Shown here in pieces: positions 45,502 to 54,943 of a stretch of 64,000 bases of DNA. Within the stretch, counting starts at the first letter, position 1. The number at the start of each line of letters is the position of its first letter. The stretch lies in contig JAFGHF010000063.1 in the NCBI GenBank assembly GCA_016939375.1, positions 2,119 through 66,118 on the forward strand, read 5' to 3'. This stretch comes from Candidatus Omnitrophota bacterium. GTDB lineage: Bacteria > Omnitrophota > Gorgyraeia > JAFGHF01. The position numbers and the translations under genes are program-made. Below the pieces are notes generated by a model. The model was given only the letters and a program-made list of their open reading frames with translations. It had not been told where the DNA came from and searched no databases.

Positions 45502-46527
45502 ATGATGAAGGTCATATCTTTAGTAAATCAAAAAGGCGGCTGCGGAAAGACCACGACCGCTGTCAACCTAGCATATGCCTTTGCCAAACGAGGCAATCGC
45601 ACTTTATTGATCGATCTGGACCCGCAGGCACACGCCACATTCTCATTGGGCATCACCCCCAATTTGACCACTGCCGATCTATTGGAACATGTAATCGAAA
45701 ACCGTCCTTTTAATCCAAAGGAATTTTTTGTCTGGCGCAAGGACGATCTATCCTTGCTGCCGGCAAGCATAGGCCTAAGCGCATTGGAAAACACTATTAA
45801 CAGACAAAACAACAAGCTGGAAATATTGACAAAAATGCTGATGAATATAGACGCCCATTTTGATTATTGCATAATCGACTGCCCCCCGAATCTAGGCGCT
45901 TTAACACTTAATGCCCTGGTCGCCTCAAGTTATTCGGTGGTTCCTCTGGGCATATGTGAGTTATCTTTAAGAGGCGTGGAAAACTTGAATAGTATCTTGA
46001 GCATGCTTTTTGAGCATCGTAAAAAGGCGCCCTATATACTCTACCTCATCACACAGGTGGATAGGCGTTTTAGGTATAGCGAAAATTTCTACAATAAGGT
46101 CAAAGAACAATTTAGAGACCAATTGCTCTCTACCGCGATCAGGACCAATATCCACCTGCGCGAGGCGGCTGCCTTTGGCAAAAGTGTGTTTGAATACAGA
46201 AGCGACTCCCGCGGAGCACAGGATTACAAACAGCTGGCCCAAGAAATCGAGTCGATAACCCAAAGGCCATCGCTAGTGCAACTATGCTTAAAGGGAATGG
46301 GGCATAACGAGGTATATGTGGTAGGAGAATTCAACGAATGGCGCAAGCACAGAAACTTCCAGTTGAAGAAAGTCGATGACGGCACCTGGAGCATCTCCCT
46401 GCCGCTTAAGCGAGGGACATACCGCTATAAGTTTATCGTCGATAACGAGTGGATTAACGATCCTTCGAATTCTCTTCAGGAAAATGACGCCTTTGGCGGG
46501 AAAAACTCTATACTATTTGTACGCTAG
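45502..46527 (+). CDS. ParA/Soj-family ATPase fused to a C-terminal AMPK-type glycogen-binding (CBM48) domain
   Basis: KGGCGKTT, DLDPQ and IDCPP. C-terminal YVVGEFNEW...W...L..GTYRYKFIVDNEWINDP..GGKNS. Confidence 0.88.
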   Translation: MMKVISLVNQKGGCGKTTTAVNLAYAFAKRGNRTLLIDLDPQAHATFSLGITPNLTTADLLEHVIENRPFNPKEFFVWRKDDLSLLPASIGLSALENTINRQNNKLEILTKMLMNIDAHFDYCIIDCPPNLGALTLNALVASSYSVVPLGICELSLRGVENLNSILSMLFEHRKKAPYILYLITQVDRRFRYSENFYNKVKEQFRDQLLSTAIRTNIHLREAAAFGKSVFEYRSDSRGAQDYKQLAQEIESITQRPSLVQLCLKGMGHNEVYVVGEFNEWRKHRNFQLKKVDDGTWSISLPLKRGTYRYKFIVDNEWINDPSNSLQENDAFGGKNSILFVR

Positions 46528-46853
46528 ACCCTGCAGCCGCAATTTTTGTTCCGTAAAATCGTAATCTGTTTTCTATAAGAGTCTACAAATCGGGTTTGCT
46601 TACTCTGCCCGCGAGCGAGGTTTTCAGCCAGCGGGCTTTTGTGTTTATATCCCCTCTTTTCCATCTCCCGGACCAGCTTTTGGTGCCTTGTATATAAAGC
46701 CCGCAACCTGCCTTTCCATCTTAAGGTCTCGGGGTGTCTGGCGTAGCCTTTTTTGTTTTCGGTAAGTATCACCCACAAGGCATGTAATTCCCTGTGTTCG
46801 CCAAGCAGATGGTTACGGCATAACTTATCCGGGGCTATATCCCAAATCCTCAT
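46524..46853 (-). CDS. Pyrimidine-dimer DNA glycosylase / endonuclease V-like protein
   Basis: MRIWD....LCRNHLLGEHRELH, HPET.RW and EM..RGY.H.SPL. Confidence 0.72.
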   Translation of the reverse strand: MRIWDIAPDKLCRNHLLGEHRELHALWVILTENKKGYARHPETLRWKGRLRALYTRHQKLVREMEKRGYKHKSPLAENLARGQSKQTRFVDSYRKQITILRNKNCGCRV

Positions 46854-46864
46854 CGTACATCCTC

Positions 46865-47455
46865 TTAATACGGGCAACTTTCTATGCCGTGTTTTTGGTA
46901 ATAACGCTGATGGTAGTCCTCGGCCTGGTAGAATTCCGAGGCCGGCTGTATTTGTGTCACTATTTTATTTTTATAGCTGCCTGATTGCTGCAGTCTTTCT
47001 TTTGAGCTTAAGGCCGCTTGCTCTTGCTCATGGCCATGAAAGAACACCGCCGAGCGATACTGGCTACCTACATCCGGTCCTTGGCGGTTAAGAGTAGTGG
47101 GGTCATGAATCTTCCAGAAGACGTCCAAAAGCTCACCGTATGAGATCTGTCGCGGATCAAATTGCAACTCTAGAGCCTCGGCATGACCGGTCTTGCCGGT
47201 GCATACATCTTCATACGTAGGATCCTTGAAGTGGCCGCCGGTGTAGCCGACTCTAGTGGAGACGACCCCTTTTAATTTAACAAAGGCCGCTTCCACGCCC
47301 CAAAAGCAACCCGCGGCAAAAGTGGCTTTCTGCAATTTTTGCCCAGCTGCGTCAGTAGTATCCATAAGACCCTCCTGCGCCAAAATACAGGTACCAGAAA
47401 AAAGTAGTACAACAAAAACAACGACCTGCCAAAAATTCCTATTGAATATTATCAT
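46865..47455 (-). CDS. msrA: Peptide-methionine (S)-S-oxide reductase (possible signal peptide)
   Basis: GCFWG, GHAE, HDPT, QGPD.G.QYRS and AEDYHQ.Y. Confidence 0.95.
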   Translation of the reverse strand: MIIFNRNFWQVVVFVVLLFSGTCILAQEGLMDTTDAAGQKLQKATFAAGCFWGVEAAFVKLKGVVSTRVGYTGGHFKDPTYEDVCTGKTGHAEALELQFDPRQISYGELLDVFWKIHDPTTLNRQGPDVGSQYRSAVFFHGHEQEQAALSSKERLQQSGSYKNKIVTQIQPASEFYQAEDYHQRYYQKHGIESCPY

Positions 47456-47468
47456 CTAAAAAGAAGGG

Positions 47469-48005
47469 TTAAAATGAGCTATCGGAAGCGCCCATTTCCA
47501 CATTTGAATGGTAAAAGACTTTTGCCACTGGGTCTGGCGTGACCTTAATCAATTTTACTTCTTCGCTTAATGCGGGGCCTTGTCCTGGATCGGCATATCC
47601 CTCCAGTATCACCACCCCTTTTTCATCATCGAATTTCACCACCAACTGCATGCCGCCTTGAGGGTCTGCTTGGAGAGGGACGAAGGCTACGCCATCAGGC
47701 ATCAAAGGTTTGTGAATGGCCCGCATCTGCTCTCTCACCATCTCGTCAGCCCAGGCATCTGAAGGCGGCCATTCAGCGGTCCCTATATCCGAAAAGATAT
47801 AATTGACGAAATCTGAAGGTTTACCATCGGGGTAGGCTACATAAAAGGCCGAACGGGAAAGGTGTCCTGCTTTCATCATCGAACGCATTACCGCAGCGGC
47901 CTGCTTTAGCTCTTGGGGAGTCTTTTCACCGCATGAGGTAAATGCAAATACAGGCAATAGGAACAAAATCGCCCAAAGCTTAAAATAAAAATTATTTCTC
48001 ACCAT
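47469..48005 (-). CDS. Hypothetical lipoprotein
   Basis: Hydrophobic signal ending FTSC (lipobox-like). Confidence 0.6.
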   Translation of the reverse strand: MVRNNFYFKLWAILFLLPVFAFTSCGEKTPQELKQAAAVMRSMMKAGHLSRSAFYVAYPDGKPSDFVNYIFSDIGTAEWPPSDAWADEMVREQMRAIHKPLMPDGVAFVPLQADPQGGMQLVVKFDDEKGVVILEGYADPGQGPALSEEVKLIKVTPDPVAKVFYHSNVEMGASDSSF

Positions 48006-48456
48006 AGTATTTTTCTATGGCTCTTCTCAATTCGGTGGGGCTGGAAACGAATATCTCAACATTACAGCCAAGGGCCTGTTCTATATCTGAAATCGTCTCG
48101 GCATCAGGGATCTCGGCAATCGTTATAGTGATCAGACTGCCCATTTTATCAATAGGCAAAAAGACATGCTTTTGGACAATATCAGCGGGCACAGACTTTA
48201 TCAATTCCTCGTCTATCCCATAGCTCTCTATAGGTAAAAAGGGGACCGCGTATTGAGTAGTGACTGAGGTTATTATCTCTTCTTCGGTGGCATAGCCGCG
48301 TTCTACCAGGATCTCTCCTATCAGCCTCCAGCGCCCCTGTTCTTGTTGTTGCTTTTTCTGCAGCTCTAGCGCCTCGTTCAATTGCTCCTCACTGATGATA
48401 CCGCGCTCCAATAACAATTTTCCGATGCGCTTATGCAGGACCTTGTCCCTATGCAC
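47992..48456 (-). CDS. Stand-alone MshEN / T2SSE N-terminal domain protein
   Basis: RIGKLLLERGIISEEQLNEALELQ and LIGEILVERGY motifs, then an N1-type domain; no ATPase. Confidence 0.82.
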   Translation of the reverse strand: MHRDKVLHKRIGKLLLERGIISEEQLNEALELQKKQQQEQGRWRLIGEILVERGYATEEEIITSVTTQYAVPFLPIESYGIDEELIKSVPADIVQKHVFLPIDKMGSLITITIAEIPDAETISDIEQALGCNVEIFVSSPTELRRAIEKYYGEK

Positions 48457-48544
48457 TGCGGCTTCTCCTTTTTTTGCCCTATTATTGTCTAGACTAGCCT
48501 AGATCTAAATTATACACCTTATTTGAACAATTTCGCAACATATT

Positions 48545-49354
48545 TTATTGGGGCTTGAGAAAATCGGTATATACCCCGTAGACTCCTCTTCTCCTTAACT
48601 CCTGGCGTAAAAAATCCTCATTGACCGTATGTACATAGGAAGGTACTCCGATTCTGCGCAATTTCAAAGGCAAGTCGTTAAGCGCGCGATAAACAGGCAT
48701 AGCGACCGCTAATAAATCTTTTTTTCGAGCAAAACTCAAGACATCCCGGTCAGAATAAAGCGAGCGATATAGAGTCAGGATGATATGTTCGTAGCCCATG
48801 CCCTTTGCGAGAGGATATTCCTCGAAAAAATAGATCTGCGCGATAAAGTTGCTTAACAGCTGGGGATATTTTTTTCTGATCAGGCCTAAAGCCCTTATGT
48901 TTTCGCTCTTGGCATCAGTTACTATATAGACATCCCGATGATCTACCATCCAGCCTGTCAGCTCCTCTAAAGACAACTGCGTTAATCCTCCTTGCATCTT
49001 AAGTCGCATAAAATCTTCGAGCGTATGATCCGCGAAGGATACTCCATAAAGCCTCTGCAGGGTCTCTCCCCAATCGTGTATAAGCACCAGCCGCCCATCG
49101 CTTGTCCAGTTAAAGTCCACTTCAATAAATTTAAATCCCTTGTCGTAGTTTGAATCTAAGGCCTGCAGCGAATTCGTGAGCGTAAGGGACTCTATTCCCC
49201 CGCCCGCATGGGCGATAAGCTCAGGCAGCTTGGATTGTCCAAATCTGTAATCCTCTTCTTGCCTTAGAAACTTATCTTTGAGCGAGAAAACCAATCCTAA
49301 AAAGATAATCAGGATGACCGATACCCATAAAACTGCCTTTTTGACTTTAATCAT
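48545..49354 (-). CDS. Glycerophosphodiester phosphodiesterase-like protein
   Basis: IAHAGG, NS..AL, EVDF..TSDG.LV..HD, HTVN and YTD. Confidence 0.8.
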   Translation of the reverse strand: MIKVKKAVLWVSVILIIFLGLVFSLKDKFLRQEEDYRFGQSKLPELIAHAGGGIESLTLTNSLQALDSNYDKGFKFIEVDFNWTSDGRLVLIHDWGETLQRLYGVSFADHTLEDFMRLKMQGGLTQLSLEELTGWMVDHRDVYIVTDAKSENIRALGLIRKKYPQLLSNFIAQIYFFEEYPLAKGMGYEHIILTLYRSLYSDRDVLSFARKKDLLAVAMPVYRALNDLPLKLRRIGVPSYVHTVNEDFLRQELRRRGVYGVYTDFLKPQ

Positions 49355-51162
49355 CTTTCTTTTGCCTTATACCACTGATCTATCTTGCGCAAAGAAAATT
49401 GCTTTCCGATCAAAATATCCCTGCTTAAGACCTTGATATGTCCTAACCAGGCAGATACTTTTCTGCATACCCTTGCCTTACTATCGCCTTTACATAAGTT
49501 TATGTAGTCATCATCGCCCACTACAAGGCTGACTCCCGCCAATGTCCGTATGTGCAAGTCGCTAACTGGTGCAAACATATCCAATTGGGCAAAACCGGGT
49601 GAGCCCAATAAGTTAAAGATGATTCCGGGAATCTCATACATAGCTATAGTCCCCGTACGCACCGGCCCTTTTTTCCCATCGATTATTATAAGCGGGGCAC
49701 TGGCATATCTTCTATACATCGCCGGCGTAAATTCGTCGCGGCAAGGGATAAAAAGACCGGACTCCACATAAGCCCGGTAATTGGCCCCGAGCATGGGGAT
49801 ATGGTCTCCTAATATTACCAAAAGGGCATCGGGGTCTTCCCTCCTTATCACTTTTATAAACTCCATTATCTCCTGGGTGCTGTATCTAATGGAATTGGCA
49901 TAGCTCGCTACTTCTTTTACCTGGGAGTCACATTCAATGACAGTGGGCCTGGTTTGCGGATCAAGCAAAAACGGCCAGTGTCCGGTAAGGGTAAGTATAT
50001 AGAGGAGCTTCGGCCCTGCCTTGTGTCTTTGCCTGGCGATCTGCCAGGATTGACGATAAAGCGACTTATCAGAGAGCGTCCATTCATTGATATCATCAAG
50101 CTTAAAGTCATCTATTGAATAATAAAAATCGAACCCCAGCCTGTGATAGGCATTCAGCCTGTTCCAATAAGTGGGGATATAGGGATGCAGGGCGATGCTC
50201 TCATATCCGCATTCGGATAAAAGCCTGGGCAATGCCGGGATCTTATTTTTCACGCTGGCGTGAAACATTATCCTTCTATCAAAAAGATTGGCCGGCTGTC
50301 CGCTTAAGACCTCGAATTCCGTATTAGCCGTATGGCCTCCGTAAACAGGGCTAAGCACCCAAGAGTTGCCGCAGCTATCCCAAAGTGCCCTAAAACCAGG
50401 GTCAAAAGGGTCTTGGCTGAAATTGACTCTTTCTAAGAGCGTCACATCCCAAAGCCCTTCCATAATTATGATTATTACATCTCTCTTATCAAATTCTGAA
50501 GCGCGAGCATAACCTTCGCCTTTTATTCTCAGTCCTGCCAAAGCTGCTTCTACCTCTTTCTGATCGGGCGCCTGCAGGCGCTCCATGGAAAAGCGCGCCC
50601 CGTTATAAAGAAGATACACAGCCGCTCCACTTTTCTGATAATTATTGAGCTGACGCCAGAGCTTGAACTTATATCTTGATTCTAAGGCATCCACGATGGG
50701 TCGGGGATAAAACACTATAAACGAACTGGCGAGCGCGATTATAATAACCGCCACTAAAGACTCTCTTTTGATCTTGAGATTGATCAGAAAAAGGACTAAG
50801 AGCGCGATAAGCGGCAAGACCAGAAAAAACCTCTGCGCTGAGTTAAGGATGTTATATAAAGCCCCGAATGAATAAATATCATCAATGGTGATAGGTGAAC
50901 CTAAAAGCGATATCTTTATGGCATTGCCTATATAAAATATCCCCATAAAGATAAATTGGGTGAGTAAAAATAAGATGGCCTTTCGTGAAAAAGCAAACAA
51001 CAGATAACCCAATAGGACTTGTAGCATCCAATCGGGAAAAAGATGCCACCCCAAACATTGCAAGGAATATACCGCCTCCACATATATCTGCAGGAAAAGA
51101 TAAAATATGGATGCCGATAAAAGCGGAAGGAATATTTTTTTATCTAAGGGTTTATCCATCAA
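49351..51162 (-). CDS. LTA synthase family (phosphoglycerol transferase-like) protein
   Basis: N-terminal TMs, IIMEG, GGHTANTEFEVL, WNR...Y..LGF, GH.P and GDH. Confidence 0.82.
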   Translation of the reverse strand: MMDKPLDKKIFLPLLSASIFYLFLQIYVEAVYSLQCLGWHLFPDWMLQVLLGYLLFAFSRKAILFLLTQFIFMGIFYIGNAIKISLLGSPITIDDIYSFGALYNILNSAQRFFLVLPLIALLVLFLINLKIKRESLVAVIIIALASSFIVFYPRPIVDALESRYKFKLWRQLNNYQKSGAAVYLLYNGARFSMERLQAPDQKEVEAALAGLRIKGEGYARASEFDKRDVIIIIMEGLWDVTLLERVNFSQDPFDPGFRALWDSCGNSWVLSPVYGGHTANTEFEVLSGQPANLFDRRIMFHASVKNKIPALPRLLSECGYESIALHPYIPTYWNRLNAYHRLGFDFYYSIDDFKLDDINEWTLSDKSLYRQSWQIARQRHKAGPKLLYILTLTGHWPFLLDPQTRPTVIECDSQVKEVASYANSIRYSTQEIMEFIKVIRREDPDALLVILGDHIPMLGANYRAYVESGLFIPCRDEFTPAMYRRYASAPLIIIDGKKGPVRTGTIAMYEIPGIIFNLLGSPGFAQLDMFAPVSDLHIRTLAGVSLVVGDDDYINLCKGDSKARVCRKVSAWLGHIKVLSRDILIGKQFSLRKIDQWYKAKER

Positions 51163-51179
51163 ATACTATCCGCCTCATG

Positions 51180-51626
51180 CTATAGCCAGCGTCTTACCTC
51201 TTTTTTATAATCCATATATCGTTGGCCAAAGGTATTTTGCAGTTTCTGTTCTTCGAAAGAAATATAAATACGGTCCAAGGCGGCCAGAAAGAGCGGGCAG
51301 ATGAACAAAGCGCTTAATGAGCCTAAAAGGCTGGCTACCCCCAGCAACACCAGGACCATCCCCAGATACATCGGATTGCGGCTGATCCGAAAGGGACCTG
51401 AAGTCTCCAATTGGATAGGGGTATCATGAGGCTCGATAGGGATATTTTTTTTCTTAAACATGTTATCGGGCCAGATGTTTAATATTATCCCTAAGGATAT
51501 TAACAAGATCCCCAAATAATTATACGGGGGATAGATTATTTTTTTTATCGGTAAAACAAAATGGGATGTGATACATAAGATCAAAAAGACAAACAAAACC
51601 GCAGGTGGCATGACCTTAAATCTCAC
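51180..51626 (-). CDS. Isoprenylcysteine carboxyl / phospholipid methyltransferase family protein
   Basis: GPFRISRNPMYLG and EE..L...FG..Y..YK..VRRWL. Confidence 0.85.
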   Translation of the reverse strand: MRFKVMPPAVLFVFLILCITSHFVLPIKKIIYPPYNYLGILLISLGIILNIWPDNMFKKKNIPIEPHDTPIQLETSGPFRISRNPMYLGMVLVLLGVASLLGSLSALFICPLFLAALDRIYISFEEQKLQNTFGQRYMDYKKEVRRWL

Positions 51627-51644
51627 CTTATCTCAATCATCCTT

Positions 51645-51857
51645 TCATCTATTCAGCCGAAACAATAAAAGCATTAATCCTAAGGCCAATGCCGATTGGA
51701 TAAAGACCGCTATCCAATAGGCAACGGGCTGGCTGCTTCTTCTATATATAATACCCTCTTTTACTTCGGCCTTTTTCGTTTTAAGGGCCGAACATACGAC
51801 TTTTAAAAGATAGGCGCAGGATACGAGGATTAATACATTGACGGCTATTTTATGCAT
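51645..51857 (-). CDS. Small hypothetical membrane protein
   Basis: Two hydrophobic segments with an R..QP..YW motif. Confidence 0.55.
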   Translation of the reverse strand: MHKIAVNVLILVSCAYLLKVVCSALKTKKAEVKEGIIYRRSSQPVAYWIAVFIQSALALGLMLLLFRLNR

Positions 51858-51864
51858 TATGCGA

Positions 51865-53232
51865 TTAAAAATAACAGGCGCTATTCTGGAAGGCCAGGTC
51901 TATGCGCAAGGTCTTGTACAACATAAACAGCAGCAATAGCACGTATGAGACCCTAAGCGCATTGCGCGGGAAAATTTTTGAGATGGCTTTGGTCTTTTCC
52001 CAGATATAAAATTGAGTTTTGGCTGAAAGCAGGATAAGAAAGATAGCTACAGGCAATATATACCGGCACTGGTAATTCTTCCACCAGATAAAGAAAATAA
52101 GAATAATAAATGAAGACAGGCAGAGAAAAAAGTATGACTGAAAATGTTCCCTGTCCAGGGCTAAAAGGACTAACCCTAAGAAAGAAAAAAGGTAAAAAGG
52201 AGAAAGCTCGATCAGTCTCCCCGGATAGAAATATTGCGGTGCCTTGGCAAACATCCCTAACGACCAACCGGTGCTGGGGATATAATTTAGGCTGAAGCTA
52301 TTTACGATAAATCTGGTCAAGACGACCAAAAAGGCCAAGGTCGAAACGCTGGCGATGCTAATCCTTAGTCTTTTATTTTTCGAGAAGACCGAAACAGCTA
52401 TCAAGAAGGCCAAAATGACAAAAGAAGCAACTATGCGCTTTTGGTTACGCCATTGCAGGCGTTGAAAGACACCGTGGGTCATAGATATATCTTGTATGAA
52501 GCTCACCCCATATACTTTGTAGTTCCAGCAAAGCCACGGCAGAAGCATCAAAAAAGGTATAAAAAGGCTGAAGATAAAGACCTTGTTTTTGAAAAATTCG
52601 CGCTTAAAGCACAACGCATAAATGATGATAATAAACAAAGAAAGCAGGCCTGGGTATTTTGTAAGTCCGGCTAATCCGACACAGATCCCGCTTGAGATTA
52701 AAAAATATGGGTTATATTTTTTTGTAGCCCGTATGAACAGGTAGACCGATAGGGCGATAAAAAATGCCAAAGTGGTCTCCATCCATACCCTCTGCGAACA
52801 GACCCAGCCAATAGGTTCAATTGACATAAGCAATGCCGCATAAACGCCGATCTTGTTATTAAATAATAGAGAACCCAAAAAATAGGCAAGCGCAACCAGA
52901 AGTACACCAAAAAACAAAGAAACAGCAAAAGCGGCATATATCGACCTACCGAACATCTGATAACTTAGGGAAATGAGTATCGTATATAGGGGAGGGTGTT
53001 TAAATAACGGCTTCTTCAAGTAATCGGGAAGCTGGCGGCCTCTTTTTGTGTCTTGGGCATAGATGCGTATAGAATTATAGCTTTCCAGACCCTGTTCACC
53101 GATCTGGTAAGCCAGCGTAGCATAGACACTTTCGTCATAGGTACGGTTTGACTTGGCATCAAAGGTGTTATACCTTAAGAAAAAGGTGAAAAGGACAAGG
53201 ATTATTAGGATTACGCTTATGTCTTTTTTCAT
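51865..53232 (-). CDS. GT39/ArnT (PMT-like) membrane glycosyltransferase
   Basis: DE..Y, HPPLY, LTKY and RY.LP motifs; polytopic. Confidence 0.8.
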   Translation of the reverse strand: MKKDISVILIILVLFTFFLRYNTFDAKSNRTYDESVYATLAYQIGEQGLESYNSIRIYAQDTKRGRQLPDYLKKPLFKHPPLYTILISLSYQMFGRSIYAAFAVSLFFGVLLVALAYFLGSLLFNNKIGVYAALLMSIEPIGWVCSQRVWMETTLAFFIALSVYLFIRATKKYNPYFLISSGICVGLAGLTKYPGLLSLFIIIIYALCFKREFFKNKVFIFSLFIPFLMLLPWLCWNYKVYGVSFIQDISMTHGVFQRLQWRNQKRIVASFVILAFLIAVSVFSKNKRLRISIASVSTLAFLVVLTRFIVNSFSLNYIPSTGWSLGMFAKAPQYFYPGRLIELSPFYLFSFLGLVLLALDREHFQSYFFLCLSSFIILIFFIWWKNYQCRYILPVAIFLILLSAKTQFYIWEKTKAISKIFPRNALRVSYVLLLLFMLYKTLRIDLAFQNSACYF

Positions 53233-53297
53233 TCTCCGCTATAATATCACCCTATATATAACTTGGTCAAGGACAATATGTTCTAAGCCGGTAAAAA

Positions 53298-54038
53298 TCA
53301 TTTCCGGGCAAAAACAAATATGGAAACACCGAACACGCGGGGCATCAAACGGTGTTTTTCCAACAAAGCCAATAGGCTTCTTAAAATATCTCTTAAGGGA
53401 TCTATCCTTATCTTATCCAAAGGAGGCATCATGTATTCAGAATTATAGACTTTAAATCCATGATTTTGGACTAGACCTAAAATCATTCTTTTTGTATATA
53501 TCCTTGCATAAGCGTATTTATCATGTACCTTTTTAGGCAACCAGGAGAAAAATGGGACTCTGTTCCAGGGCAACAGGGGAAGTTTTGCGCCATGGGTCTC
53601 AAAAAACCACCATTTATTAGGCACCGAAAGCACAAGCATCCCTCCCTTTTTTAAAACCCTATACATCTCATCTAAGGCCTTTTCCTGAGGGGCTATATGC
53701 TCTAAGGTCTCGATGCAGGTCACCACATCAAAGGCTTCATCGGCAAGGTCCAAAGAGGTCAGATCCATCTGTTTTATTTCACAATTGTCTATTCCCCGGG
53801 CCTGGACCTGGCCCCTAAACTCTTCCAGCCTCTGCCCTTCTATGTCTACGGCGGTACATTTTTTTACATGCTTGAGATATTCTAATGTCTGTGCACCGTT
53901 ACCGCATCCGGCATCAAGCAAATTGGCGTTTTTTAAATCGGTATTTCGCAGAATGATCTCCATTCTCTTTTGAATGCCAAAGTAGCCGTATTCTATCGGG
54001 GCGCCCAATGCAATATTTTTTACCTCTGATCGGCGCAT
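53298..54038 (-). CDS. Class I SAM-dependent methyltransferase
   Basis: LDAGCGNG, FDVV...LEH and RVLK.GG. Confidence 0.88.
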   Translation of the reverse strand: MRRSEVKNIALGAPIEYGYFGIQKRMEIILRNTDLKNANLLDAGCGNGAQTLEYLKHVKKCTAVDIEGQRLEEFRGQVQARGIDNCEIKQMDLTSLDLADEAFDVVTCIETLEHIAPQEKALDEMYRVLKKGGMLVLSVPNKWWFFETHGAKLPLLPWNRVPFFSWLPKKVHDKYAYARIYTKRMILGLVQNHGFKVYNSEYMMPPLDKIRIDPLRDILRSLLALLEKHRLMPRVFGVSIFVFARK

Positions 54039-54047
54039 AAAAAGCCT

Positions 54048-54941
54048 CTATCCCCTTATACCCTGTAAAAGTCCCTTTATGTAGGCCTTAAAGATCCCTG
54101 GCTTGCCGCGAAGCCGCTCATAAATAGAGCGCACTGTTATATAACAAAGAACACAAATAGGTATTGTGGTATAGTACCATATCTTTAAGGAATATCTTCT
54201 AAAAAACCTTACTCCGCTCTTAGCCTTAAGGTAGGCCTTATCGGGGCTTAAGCCCCCGCCTATACTCTTTGATATCTTATGCCATATTTTCGCACCCCGC
54301 ACGCAGACAACTCTATAGCCCTGAGCTCTCGCGCGCAGACAAAGATCGGCATCCTCAAAATAGGCAAAATAGGCTGGGTCAAACATACCGATCTTTTCTA
54401 TTACTTCCCTCTTTATCATTAAGGCGCACCCCGTCTGATAGTCCTCATCGACAATCCCCTCATATCGGCCTAAGTCTTTTTTTCTGTTGCCGATGTGCCA
54501 GCTGTTGCCCAACAAAGATAGAATCCTTCCACCGGCAAACCAAATTTTATCCTTTTGATGATAATAAAGGATCTTCGGGCCAATAATACCAATTTCTGTG
54601 TCTTTAGTCGCTACATCCAACAAGTCCTTGAGAAGAGCCGGAGATACAACAGTGTCATTATTCAAAATCAATATGTAGTTGGCCTGCCTTTCTAAAGCAT
54701 ATTTAATTCCTATATTATTTCCCTTGGCAAAACCAAAATTTTCATCATTTTCTATAAATTCCGCTTCGGGAAACCTTTCCCTTAGATACTCAACGGAACC
54801 ATCGTTAGAACCATTATCTATAATCAAGATTTTAAAATTGTCGTAATCCAGGTTCTTGAGCGAATCAAGACCCTCCTCTGTGTCATTTTTGCCGTTATAA
54901 TTTAATATGTTTATATATACCAAGGGATAAGTCTTTTCCAC
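54048..54941 (-). CDS. Glycosyltransferase family 2
   Basis: LNYNG, DNGS.DGS, LNND, GCAL and YFED.D. Confidence 0.9.
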   Translation of the reverse strand: MEKTYPLVYINILNYNGKNDTEEGLDSLKNLDYDNFKILIIDNGSNDGSVEYLRERFPEAEFIENDENFGFAKGNNIGIKYALERQANYILILNNDTVVSPALLKDLLDVATKDTEIGIIGPKILYYHQKDKIWFAGGRILSLLGNSWHIGNRKKDLGRYEGIVDEDYQTGCALMIKREVIEKIGMFDPAYFAYFEDADLCLRARAQGYRVVCVRGAKIWHKISKSIGGGLSPDKAYLKAKSGVRFFRRYSLKIWYYTTIPICVLCYITVRSIYERLRGKPGIFKAYIKGLLQGIRG

Positions 54942-54943
54942 GT

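Noticed and set aside
48340-48365. Gln-rich run (QKKQQQEQ) as a phase-variable repeat
   Set aside because: It is short, uses mixed codons, is in frame, and sits in the linker between the two MshEN motifs.
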